Positions 13,420 to 27,300 of a stretch of DNA of 64,000 nucleotides are shown here, one piece after another (the stretch's first letter is position 1; the number at the start of each line of letters is the position of its first letter). The notes below the pieces were generated by a model, which ran no database searches, was not told the origin of the DNA, and saw nothing but the letters and a program-made list of their open reading frames with translations. The DNA comes from the human T2T-CHM13v2.0 reference genome, Homo sapiens: assembly GCF_009914755.1 (NCBI RefSeq), contig NC_060933.1. One strand, written 5' to 3'. The translations under genes were made by a program, and so were the position numbers.

Positions 13420-14810
13420 TCCGTTGTACTCGGGTTGATTCGTTTCCATTGCATTCCATTCCATTCTATTCCATTCCAGTCCGTTGCTTTCCATTCCATT
13501 ACATTCGGGTTGATTCTATTCAACTCCCTTACTCTCCATTACATTCCATTCCATTCGGGTTGTTCCATTCCATTCCATTCCATTCCATTCCATTCCATTC
13601 CATTCCATTGCACTCGGGTTGATTCCATTCCATTCCATTCCATTCCATTCCATTCCATTCCATTCCATTCCGGATGATTCCATTCCATTGCATTCCGTTC
13701 CATTACATTCCCCTGCACTCGCGTTGATTCCATTCCATTCCATTCCATTCCATTCCATTACAATTCTTTCCATTCCATTCTATTCCGTACCATTCCTTTC
13801 CATTCCATACCATTCCATTCCATTCCATTCCATTCCATTCCGTTCCATTCCGTTCCATTCCGTTCCATTCCATTCCATTCTATTCGGGTTAATTCCATTC
13901 CATTCCATTCCATTCCATTCTATTCCATTCCATTGCAATCGAATTGAATCCATTGCATTTCATTCCATTCCATTCCATTCCATTCCATTCCATTCCGGAA
14001 GATTCCATTCCATTGCATTCCATTCCATTCCATTCCCCTGCACTCGCGTTGATTCCATTCCATTTCATTCCATTCCATTCCATTCCATTCCATTCCGTTC
14101 CGTTCCGTTCCATTCCATTCCGTTGTACTCGGGTTGATTCCTTTCCATTGCATTCCATTCCATTCTATTCCATTCCAGTCCGTTGCATTCCATTCCATTA
14201 CATTCGGATTGATTCTATTCAACTCCCTTACTCTCCATTACATTCCATTCCATTCGGGTTGTTCCATTCCATTCCATTCCATTCCATTCCATTCCATTCC
14301 ATTCCATTGCACTCGGGTTGATTCCATTCCATTCCATTCCATTCCATTCCATTCCATTCCATTCCATTCCGGATGATTCCATTCCATTGCATTCCGTTCC
14401 ATTACATTCCCCTGCACTCGCGTTGATTCCAATCCATTCCATTCCATTCCATTCCATTCCATTCCATTCCATTACAATTCGTTCCATTCCATTCTATTCC
14501 GTACCATTGCTTTCCATTCCATACCATTCCATTCCATTCCATTCCATTCCATTCCGTTCCATTCCGTTCCATTCCGTTCCATTCCATTCCATTCTCTTCG
14601 GGTTAATTCCATTCCATTCCATTCTATTCCATTCCATTGCAATCGAATTGAATCCATTGCATTTCATTCCATTCCATTCCATTCCATTCCATTCCGGAAG
14701 ATTCCATTCCATTGCATTCCATTCCATTCCATTCCCCTGCACTCGCGTTGATTCCATTCCATTTCATTCCATTCCATTCCATTCCATTCCATTCCGTTCC
14801 GTTCCGTTCC
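13420..14810 (+). repeat. ~700-bp tandem duplication
   Basis: CCGTTGTACTCGGG...CCAGTCCGTTGC occurs at ~13421 and ~14120, and GCAATCGAATTGAATCC at ~13935 and ~14639. I noticed these variants only here. ORF pairs 13435/14134 and 13619/14318 are offset by 699. Confidence 0.88.
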
Positions 14811-17800
14811 ATTCCATTCCATTCCATTCCATTCCATTCCGTTCCGTTCCGTTCCGTTCCATTCCATTCCATTCCATTCTATTCGGGTTAACTCCAATCC
14901 ATTCCATTCGATTGCAATCGTGTTGATTCCATTCCATTCCATTCAATTCCATTCCGTTCCATTCCATTCCATTACATTCGGATTGATTCTATTCAACTCC
15001 CTTAGTCTCCATTACATTCCATTCCATTCGGGTTGTTCCATTCCATTCCATTCCATTCCACTCCATTCCATTGCACTCGGGTTTATTCCATTCCATTCCA
15101 TTCCATTCCATTCAATTCAATTCCATTCCGGAAGATTCCATTCCATTGCATTGCATTCCATTCCATTCCCCTGCACTAGCGTTGATTCCAATCCATTCCA
15201 TTCCATTCCATTCCATTCCATTCCATTCCATTCCATTCCATTCCATTCCATTCCTTTCCAATCCATTCCATTCCATTCCATTCCATTCCGTTCCGTTCCG
15301 TTCCGTTCCGTTCCATTCCATTCCATTCCATTCTATTCGGTTAATTCCATTCCATTCCATTCGATTGCAATCGAGTTGATTCCATTCCATTCCATTCCAT
15401 TCCATTCCATTCCATTCCATTCCATTCCTTTCCATTCCATTACGGAAGATTCCATTCCATTGCATTCCATTCCATTCCATTCCCCTGTACTCGGGTTGAT
15501 TCCATTCCATTCCATTCCAATCCATGCCATTCCAATCGTGTTGATTCCATTCTTTCCATTCCATTCAAGTTGAATCCATTCCATTGCATTCAATTCCATT
15601 CCATTCCCCTGCAGTCGGGTTGATTCCATTCCATTCCATTCCATTCCATTCCATTACATTCCATTCCATTCCAATCAAGTTGATTCCATTCCATTCCATT
15701 CCATTCCATTCCATTCCATTCCACTCCATTCCAGTCCTTTCCATTCCATTCCACTCGGGTTGATTCCAATGTATTCCTTTCCATTCCATTCCATTCCATT
15801 GCAATCGAGTTGATTCCATTGCTTTGCATTCCATTCCATTCCATTCCATTCCTGATGATTCCATTCCATTGCATTCCATTCCATTCCATTCCCCTGCACT
15901 CGGGTTGATTCCATTCCATTCCACTCCATTCCATTCCATTCCATTCCATTATATTGTATTCGGGTTAATTCCATTCCATTCCGTTCCATTCCATTCCATT
16001 CCGTTACAATCGAGTTGATTCCATTCCATTCCATTCCATTCCAGTCCTTTCCATTCCAATCCACTCGGGTTGATTCCATTCTATTAGTTTCCATTCCATT
16101 CCATTCCCTTCCATTCCACTCTGGTTGATTCCATTCCTTTCCATTCCACTCGAATACATTCCCACTTATTCCACTCGGAACGATTCCATTCCATTCCATT
16201 CCATTCCATTCCATTCCATTCCATTCCATTCCATTTCGTTCCATTCCATTCTATTCCGTATCATTCCATTCCATTCCATTCCATTCCATTCCATTCCATT
16301 CCATTCCATTCCATTGTACTCGGGTTGATTCCATTCCATTGCATTCCATTCCATTCCATTCCATTCCATTCCGTTGCATTCCATTCCATTACATTAGGAT
16401 TGATACTATTCAACTCCCTTACTCTCCATTACATTCCATTCCATTCGGGTTGTTCCATTCCATTCCATTCCATTCCACTCCATTCCATTGCACTCGGGTT
16501 GATTCCATTCCATTCCATTCCATTCCATTCCATTCCGGATGATTCCATTCCATTGCATTCCGTTCCATTACATTCCCCTGCACTCGCGTTGATTCCATTC
16601 CATTCCATTCCATTCCATTCCATTCCATTCCATTCCATTCCATTCCTTTCCGTTCCATTCCATTCCATTCCATTCCATTCCAATCCATTCCGTTCCGTTC
16701 CGTTCCGTTCCATTCCATTCCATTCCATTCTTTTCGGTTAATTCCATTCCATTCCATTCGATTGCAATCGAGTTGATTCCATTCCATTCTATTCCATTCC
16801 ATTCCATTCCATTCCTTTCCTTTCCATTCCATTACGGATGATTCCATTCCATTGCATTCCATTCCGTTCCATTCCCCTGTACTCGGGTTGATTCCATTCC
16901 ATTCCATTCCACTCCATTCGGTTCCGTTGCATTCCATTCTTTTGCATTCCATTCTATTCGCGTTAATTCCATTCCATTCTATTCCATTCCATTCCATTCC
17001 ATCCCATTGCAATGGAGTTGATTCCATTCCATTCCATTCCATTCCGGATGATTCCATTCCATTGCATTCCATTCCATTCCATTCCCCTGCACTCGTGTTC
17101 ATTCCATTCCGTTCCATTTCATTCCATTCCATTCTATTCCGGTTAATTCCATTCCATTCCATTCCATTCCATTCCATTCCATTGCAATCGAGTTGATTCC
17201 ATTCCATTCCTTTCCATTCCATTCCATTGCCTTGCATTCCACTCGGGTTGATTCCATTCCCTTCTTTCCACTCCGTTACATTCCCTTCCATTGCACTCGG
17301 AATGATTGATTCCATTCCATTCCATTCCATTTCATTCCATTTCAATCCATTGCAATCCATTCCATTCCATTCCATTGCACTCGAGTTGACTTCATTCCAT
17401 TCCTTTCCATTCCATTCCATTCCTTTCCACTCGAGTTGATTCCATTCCATTCCATTCCATTGCATTCCATTCCATGCCATTCCACTCGGGTTGATTCCAT
17501 TCCTTTGCATTCCATTCCATTCCATTCCATTCCATTCCATTCCGTTGCATTCCATTCCATTACATTCGGATTGATTCTATTCAACTCCCTTACTCTCCAT
17601 TACATTCCATTCCATTCGGGTTGTTCCATTCCATTCCATTCCATTCCACTCCATTCCATTGCACTCGGGTTGATTCCATTCCATTCCATTCCATTCCATT
17701 CCATTCCGGATGATTCCATTCCATTACATTCCGTTCCATTACATTCCCCTCCACTCGCGTTGATTCCATTCCATTCCATTCCATTCCATTCAATTCCATT

Positions 17801-18541
17801 CCATTACAATTCGTTCCATTCCATTCTATTCCGTACCATTCCATTCCATTCCATACCATTCCATTCTATTCCATTCCATTCCATTCCATTCCATTCCGTT
17901 CCATTCCGTTCCATTCCATTCCATTACATTCTATTCGGGTTAATTCCATTCCATTCCATTCCATCCCATTCTATTACATTCCATTGCAATCGAGTTGAAT
18001 CCATTGCATTTCATTCCATTCCATTCCATTCCATTCCATTCCGGAAGATTCCATTCCATTGCATTCCATTCCATTCCATTCCCCTGCACTCGCGTTGATT
18101 CCATTCCATTCCATTCCATTCCATTCCATTCCATTCCATTCCGTTCCGTTCCATTCCATTCCATTCCATTCTATTCGGGTTAATTCCATTCCATTCCATT
18201 CGATTGCAATCGAGTTGATTCCATTCCATTCCATTCCATTCCATTCCATTCCATTCCATTCCATTCCTTTCCATTCCATTACGGATGATTCCATTCCATT
18301 GCATTCCATTCCATTCCATTCCCCTGTACTCGGGTTGATTCCATTCCATTGCATTCCAATCCATGCCCTTCCACTCGTGTTGATTCCATTCTTTCCATTC
18401 CATTCAAGTTGAATCCATTCCATTGCATTCCATCCCATTCGATTCCATTCGATTGCACTCGGGTTGATTCCATTCCATTGCATTCCATTCCATTCCATTC
18501 CATTCCATTCCATTCCATTCCATTCCGTTCCATTCCATTCC

Positions 18542-19140
18542 ATTACATTCGGATTGATTCTATTCAATTCCGTTACACTCCATTACATTCCATTCCATTC
18601 GGGTAGTTTCCATTCCATTCCATTCCATTCCATTCCTCTCCATTCCATTGCACTCCGGTTGATTCCATTCCATTGCATTCAATTCCATTCCATTCAATTC
18701 TATTCCGTTCCATTCCATTCCATTACATTCGGATTGATGCTATTCAACTCCCTTACTCTCCATTACATTCCATTCCATTCGGGTTGTTCCATTCCATTCC
18801 ATTCCAATCCACTCCATTCCATTGCACTCGGGTTTATTCCATTCCATTCCATTCCATTCCATTCCATTCCATTCCATTCCGTTCCATTCCATTCCATTAC
18901 ATTCGGATTGATTCTATTCAATTCCCTTACACTCCATTACATTCCATTCCATTCGGGTAGTTTCCATTCCATTCCATTCCATTCCTCTCCATTCCATTGC
19001 ACTCGGGTTGATTCCATTCCATTGCATTCCATTCCATTCCATTCAATTCCATTCCGTTCCATTGCATTCCATTACATTCGGATTGATTCTATTCAACTCC
19101 CTTACTCTCCATTACATTCCATTCAATTCGGGTTCTTCCA
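18542..19140 (+). repeat. B-A-B-A run of four cassettes (~355-bp local duplication)
   Basis: Cassette starts at 18542, 18722, 18896 and 19071 alternate between GGGTAGTTTCC and GGGTT(G/C)TTCC endings. Confidence 0.8.
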
Positions 19141-21364
19141 TTCCATTCCATTCCATTCCACTCCATTCCATTGCACTCGGGTTTATTCCATTCCATTCCA
19201 TTCCATTCCATTCCATTCCATTCCATTGCATTCCGGAAGATTCCATTCCATTGCATTCCATTCCATTCGATTCCCCTGCACTCGCGTTGATTCCATTCCA
19301 TTCCATTCCATTCCATTCCATTCCATTCCATTCCGTTCCATTCCATTCCATTCCATTCCATTCCAATCCATTCCATTCCGTTCCGTTCTGTTCCATTCCA
19401 TTCCATTCCATTCTTTTCGGTTAATTCCATTCCATTCCATTCGATTGCAATCGAGTTGATTCCTTTCCATTCCATTCCATTCCATTCCATTCCTTTCCTT
19501 TCCATTCCATTACAGATGATTCCATTACATTGCATTCCATTCCATTCCATTCCCCTGTACTCGGGTTGATTCCATTCCATTCCATTCCAATCCATGCCAT
19601 TCCACTCGTGTTGTTTCCATTCTTTCCATTCCATTCAAGTTGAATCCATTCCATTGCATTCCATTCCATTAGATTCCATTCGATTGCACTCGGGTTGATT
19701 CCATTCCATTGCATTCCATTCCATTCCATTTCATTCCATTCCATTCCATTCCATTCCGTTCCGTTCCATTCCATTCCATTCCATTCCATTCCGTTCCGTT
19801 CCGTTCCATTCCATTCCATTCCGTTCTGTTCCATTCCATTCCATTCCATTCTATTCGGTTTAATTCCATTCCATTCCATTCGATTGCCATCGAGTTGATT
19901 CCATTCCATTCCATTCCATTCCATTCCATTCCATTCCTTTCCATTCCATTACGGATTACTCCATTCCATTGCATTCCATTCCATTCCATTCCCCTGTACT
20001 CGGGTTGATTCCATTCCATTCCATTCCACTCCATTCGGTTCCGTTGCATTCCATTCTATTGCATTCCATTCTATTCGGGTTAATTCCATTCCATTCTATT
20101 CCATTCCATTCCATTCCATCCCATTGCAATGGAGTTGATTCCATTCCATTCCATTCCATTCCGGATGATTCCATTCAATTGCATTCCATTCCATTCCATT
20201 CCATTCCATTCCATTCCATTGCAATCGAGTTGATTCCATTCCATTCCTTTCCATTCCATTCCATTGCCTTGCATTCCACTCGGGTTGATTCCATTCCCTT
20301 CTTTCCACTCCATTACATTCCCTTCCATTCCACTCGGAATGATTGATTCCATTCCATTCCATTCCATTTCATTCCATTGCAATCCATTCCAATCCATTCC
20401 ATTCCATTCCATTCCACTCGAGTTGACTTCATTCCATTCCTTTCCATTCCATTCCATTCCTTTCCACTCGAGTTGATTCCATTCCATTCCATTCCATTGC
20501 ATTCCATTCCATGCCATTGTACTCGGGTTGATTCCATTCCTTTGTATTCCATTCCATTCCATTCCATTCCATTCCATTCCGTTGCATTCCATTCCATTAC
20601 ATTCGGATTGATTCTATTCAACTCCCTTACTCTCCATTACATTCCATTCCATTCGGGTTGTTCCATTCCATTCCATTCCATTCCACTCCATTCCATTGCA
20701 CTCGGGTTGATTCCATTCCATTCCATTCCATTCCATTCCATTCCGGATGATTCCATTCCATTACATTCCGTTCCATTACATTCCCCTGCACTCGCGTTGA
20801 TTCCATTCCATTCCATTCCATTCCATTCCATTCCATTCCATTCAATTCCATTCCATTACAATTCGTTCCATTCCATTCTATTCCGTACCATTCCATTCCA
20901 TTCCATACCATTCCATTCTATTCCATTCCATTCCATTCCATTCCATTCCGTTCCATTCCGTTCCATTCCATTCCATTCCATTCTATTCGGGTTAATTCCA
21001 TTCCATTCCATTCCATCCCATTCTATTACATTCCATTGCAATCGAGTTGAATCCATTGCATTTCATTCCATTCCATTCCATTCCATTCCATTCCATTCCA
21101 TTCCGTTCCGTTCCATTCCATTTCATTCCATTCCATTCCATTCCGTTCCATTCCATTCCATTCCATTCCATTCTATTCGGGTTAATTCCATTCCATTCCA
21201 TTCGATTGCAATCGAGTTGATTCCATTCCATTCCATTCCATTCCATTCCATTCCATTCCTTTCCATTCCATTACGGATGATTCCATTCCATTGCATTCCA
21301 TTCCATTCCATTCCCCTGTACTCGGGTTGATTCCATTCCATTGCATACCAATCCATGTCCTTCC

Positions 21365-24300
21365 ACTCGTGTTGATTCCATTCTTTCCATTCCATTCAAG
21401 TTGAATCCATTCCATTGCATTCCATTCCGTTCCATTCCCCTGCAGTCGGGTTGACTCCATTCCATTCCATTCCATTCCATTCCATTCCATTCCATTCCGT
21501 TCCGTTCCGTTCCGTTCCGTTCCGTTCCATTCCATTCCATTCTATTAGGGTTAATTCCATTCCATTCCATTCCATTCCATTCCATTCCACTCCATTCCAG
21601 TCCTTTCCATTCCATTCCACTCGTGTTGATTCCATTCCCTTCCATTCCATTCCATACCATTCCATTCCATTCTATTCCGTTCCATTCCGTTCCATTCCAT
21701 TCCATTCCATTCTATTCGGATTAATTCCATTCCATTCCATTCCATTCCATTCTATTCCATTCCATTGCAATCGAGTTGAATCCATTGCATTTCATTCCAT
21801 TCCATTCCATTCCATTCCATTCCGGAAGTTTCCATTCCATTGCATTCCATTCCATTCCATTCCATTCCGTTCCGTTCCATTCCATTCCATTCCATTCCGT
21901 TCCGTTCCATTCTATTCCATTCCATTCTATTCTGGTTAATTCCATTACATTCCATTCGATTGCAATCCAGTTGATTCCATTCCATTCCATTCCATTCCAT
22001 TCCATTCCATTCCATTCCATTCCATTCCTTTCCTTTCCATTACGGATGATTCCATTCCATTGCATTCCATTCCATTCCATTCCCCTGTACTCGGGTTGAT
22101 TCCATTCCATTCCATTCCAATCCATGCCATTCCACTCGTGTTGATTCCATTCTTTCCATTCCATTCAAGTTGAATCCATTCCATTGCATTCCATTCATTC
22201 GATTCCATTCGATTGCACTCGGGTTGATTCCATTCCATTGCTTTCCATTCCATTCCATTCCATTCCATTCCATTCCGTTCCATTCCATTCCATTACATTC
22301 GGATTGATTCTATTCAATTCCCTTACACTCCATTACATTCCATTCCATTCGGGTAGTTTCCATTCCATTCCATTCCATTCCTCTCCATTCCATTGCACTC
22401 GGGTTGATTCCATTCCATTGCATCCCATTCCATTCCATTCAATACCATTCCGTTCCATTCCATTCCATTACATTCGAATTGATTCTATTCAACTCCCTTA
22501 GTCTCCATTACATTCCATTCCATTCGGGTTGTTCCATTCCATTCCATTCCATTCCACTCCATTCCATTGCACTCGGGTTTATTCCATTCCATTCCATTCC
22601 ATTCCATTGCATTCCGGAAGATTCCATTCCATTGCATTCCATTCCATTCGATTTCCCTGCACTCGCGTTGATTCCATTCCATTCCATTCCATTCCATTCC
22701 ATTCCATTCCATTCCATTCCTTTCCGTTCCATTCCACTCCATTCCATTCCATTCCAATCCATTCCATTCCGTTCCGTTCCGTTCCATTCCATTCCATTCC
22801 ATTCTTTTCGGGTTAATTCCATTCCATTCCATTCGATTGAAATCGAGTTGATTCCATTCCATTCCATTCCATTCCATTCCTTTCCTTTCCATTCCATTAC
22901 GGATGATTCCATTCCATTGCATTCCATTCCATTCCATTCCCCTGTACTCGGGTTGATTCCATTCCATTCCATTCCAATCCATGTCATTCCACTCGTGTTG
23001 TTTCCATTCTTTCCATTCCATTCAAGTTGAATCCATTCCATTGCATTCCATTCCATTCGATTCCATTCGATTGCACTCGGGTTGATTCCATTCCATTGCA
23101 TTCCATTCCATTCCATTTCATTCCATTCCATTCCTTTCCATTCCATTCCATTCCATTCCATTCCATTGCAATCGAGTTGATTCCATTCCATTCCTTTCCA
23201 TTCCATTCCATTGCCTTTCATTCCAGTCGGGTTGATTCCATTCCCTTCTTTCCACTCCATTACATTCCCTTCCATTCCACTCGGAATGATTGATTCCATT
23301 CCATTCCATTCCATTTCATTCCGTTGTAATCCATTCCAATCCATTCCATTCCATTCCATTCCACTCGAGTTGATTTCATTCCATTCCTTTCCATTCCATT
23401 CCATTCCTTTCCACTCGAGTTGATTCCATTGCATTCCATTCCCTTGCATTCCTTTCCATGCCATTCCACTCGGGTTGATTCCATTCCATTCCATTCCATT
23501 CCATTGCATTCCATTCCATTCCTTTCCCCTGCTCTCGGGTTGATTCCATTGCATTCCATTCCATTTAATTCCATTCCATTCCATTCCATTCCATTCCATT
23601 CCAATCCGTTCCATTCCATTCCATTCTATTCCATTGCAATCGACTTGATTCCATTCCATTCCATTCCATTCCATTCTATTCCATTCCATTCCATTCCATT
23701 CCATTTTTTTCCAATCCATTCTATTCCGAACCATTCCATTCCATTCCATTGTTTTCCAATCCATTCTATTCCGAACCATTCCATTCCATTCCATTCCATT
23801 CCATTGCATTCCATTCCAGCCATTCCACTCGGGTTGATTCCATTCCTTTCCATTCCATTCGGGTTGAATCCATTCCACTCCATTCCATTCCATTCGAATC
23901 CATTCCATTGCACTCGGGTTGATTCCATTCCATTCCATTCCATTCGATTGCATTCCATTCCATTCCATTCCGTTCCATTCCATTGCATTACATTCACATT
24001 GATTCTATTCAATTCCCTTACACTCCATTATATTCCAATCCATTCTGGTTGTTTCCATTCCATTCCATTCCATTTCACTCCATTCCATTGCACTCGGTTT
24101 GATTCCATTCCATTCCATTCCATTCCATTCCGGATGATTCCATTCCACTGCATTCCATTCCATTCCATTCCCCTGCACTCAGGTTGATTCCATTCCATTC
24201 CATTCCACTGCATTCGGTTCCGTTCCATTCCATTCTATTGCATTCCATTCTATTCGGGTTAATTCCATTCCATTCTATTCCATTCCATTCCATTCCATTC

Positions 24301-27300
24301 CATTGTAATGGAGTTGATTCCATTCCATTCCATTCCATTCCGGATGATTCCATTCCATTGCATTCCATTCCATTCCATTCCCCTGCACTCGTGTTGATTC
24401 CATTACCTTCCATTCCATTCCATTCCGTTCCATTCCATTGCATTCCATTCTATTCCGGTTAATTCCATTCCATTCCATTCCATTCCATTCCATTCCATTG
24501 CAATCGAGTTGATTGCATTCCATTCCTTTCCATTCCATTCCATTGCCTTGCATTCCAATCGGATTGATTCCATTCCCTTCTTTCCACTCCATTACATTCC
24601 CTTCCATTCCACTCGGAATGATTGATTCCATTCCATTCCATTCCATTTCATTCCGTTGCAATCCATTCCAATCTATTCCATTCCATTCCATTCCACTCGA
24701 GTTGATTTCATACCATTCCTTTCCATTCCATTCCATTCCTTTCCACTCGAGTTGATTCCATTCCATTCCATTCCATTGCATTCCATTCCATGCCATTCCA
24801 CTTGGGTTGATTCCATTCCTTTGCATTCCGTTCCATTCCATTCCATTCCATTCCATTCCATTCCATTCCGTTGCATTCCATTCCATTACATTCGGATTGA
24901 TTCTATTCAACTCCCTTACTCTCCATTACATTACATTCCATTCGGGTTGTTCCATTCCATTCCATTCCATTCCGAATGATTCCATTCCATTGCATTCCAT
25001 TCGATTACATTCCCCTGCACTCGCGTTGATTCCATTCCATTCCATTCCATTCCATTCTATTCCATTCTATTACAATTCGTTCCATTCCATTCTATTCCGT
25101 ACCATTCCATTCCATTCCATACCATTCCATTCCATTCCATTCCATTCCATTCCATTCCGTTCCATTCCGTTCCATTCCATTCCATTTTATTCGGGTTAAT
25201 TCCATTCCATTCCATTCCATTCCATTCTATTCCATTCCATTGCAATCGAGTTGAATCCATTGCATTTCATTCCATTCCATTCCATTCCATTGCATTCCGG
25301 AAGATTCCATTCCATTGCATTCCATTCCATTCCATTCCCCTGCACTCGCGTTGATTCCATTCCATTCCATTCCATTCCATTCAATTCCATTCCGTTCCGT
25401 TCCATTCCATTCCATTCCATTCCATTCCTTTCCATTCCATTACGGATGATTCCGTTCCATTGCATTCCATTCCATTCCATTCCCCTGTACTCGGGATGAT
25501 TCCATTCCATTGCATTCCAATCCATGCCCTTCCACTCGTGTTGATTCCATTCTTTCCATTCCATTCAAGTTGAATCCATTCCATTGTATTCCATTCCATT
25601 CGATTCCATTCGATTGCACTCGGGTTGATTCCATTCCATTGCATTCCATTCCATTCCATTCCATTCCATTCCGTTCCATTCCATTCCATTACATTCGGAT
25701 TGATTCTATTCAATTCCCTTACACTCCATTACATTCCATTCCATTCGGGTAGTTTCCATTCCATTCCATTCCATTCCTCTCCATTCCATTGCACTCGGGT
25801 TCATTCCATTCCATTGCATTCCATTCCATTCCATTCAATTCCATTCCGTTCCATTCCATTCCATTACATTCGGATTGACTCTATTCAACTCCCTTACTCT
25901 CCATTACATTCCATTCCATTCGGGTTGTTCCATTCCATGCCATTCCATTCCACTCCATTCCATTGCACTCGGGTTTATTCCATTCCATTCCATTCCATTC
26001 CATTCCACTCCATTCCATTCCGGAAGATTCCATTCCATTGCATTCCATTCCATTCCATTCCCCTGCACTCGCGTTGATTCCATTCCATTCCATTCCATTC
26101 CATTCCATTCCATTCCATTCCTTTCCGTTCCATTCCATTCCATTCCATTCCATTCCATTCCATTCCATTCCGTTCCGTTCCGTTCCGTTCCGTTCCATTC
26201 CATTCCATTCCATTCTATTCGGGTTAACTCCATTCCATTCCATTCGATTGCAATCGAGTTAATTCCATTCCATTCCATTCCATTCCATTCCATTCCTTTC
26301 CATTCCATTACGGATGATTCCATTCCATTGCATTCCATTCCATTCCATTCCCCTGTACTCGGGTTGATTCCATTCCATTCCATTCCAATCCATGCCATTC
26401 CACTCGTGTTGATTCCATTCTTTCCATTCCATTCAAGTTGAATCCATTCCATTGCATTCCATTCCATTCCATTCCCCTGCAGTCGGGTTGACTCCATTCC
26501 ATTCCATTCCATTCCGTTCCGTTCCGTTCCGTTCCATTCCATTCCATTCTATTCGGGTTAATTCCATTCCATTCCATTCCATTCCATTCCATTCCAATCG
26601 AGTTGATTCCATTCCATTCCATTCCATTCCATTCCACTCCATTCCAGTCCTTTCCATTCCATTCCACTCGTGTTGATTCCATTCCCTTCCATTCCATTCC
26701 ATACCATTCCATTCCATTCCATTCCGTTCCATTCCGTTCCATTCCATTCCATTCCATTCTATTCGGATTAATTCCATTCCATTCCATTCCATTCCATTCT
26801 ATTCCATTCCATTGCAATCGAGTTGAATCCATTGCATTTCATTCCATTCCATTCCATTCCATTCCATTCCGGAAGTTTCCATTCCATTGCATTCCATTCC
26901 ATTCCATTCCATTCCGTTCCGTTCCATTCCATTCCATTCCATTCCGTTCCGTTCCATTCTATTCCATTCCATTCTATTCTGGTTAATTCCATTCCATTCC
27001 ATTCGATTGCAATCGAGTTGATTCCATTCCATTCCATTCCATTCCATTCCATTCCATTCCATTCCATTCCTTTCCATTCCATTACGGATGATTCCATTCC
27101 ATTGCATTCCATTCCATTCCATTCCCCTGTACTCGGGTTGATTCCATTCCATTCCATTCCAATCCATGCCATTCCACTCGTGTTGATTCCATTCTTTCCA
27201 TTCCATTCAAGTTGAATCCATTCCATTGCATTCCATTCATTCGATTCCATTCGATTGCACTCGGGTTGATTCCATTCCATTGCATTCCATTCCATTCCAT

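Noticed and set aside
23704-23710. T7 runs as retrotransposon poly(A) remnants or Pol III terminators
   Set aside because: The runs are in phase with the pentamer (CC>TT substitutions) and have no adjacent Alu, L1 or tRNA-like sequence.
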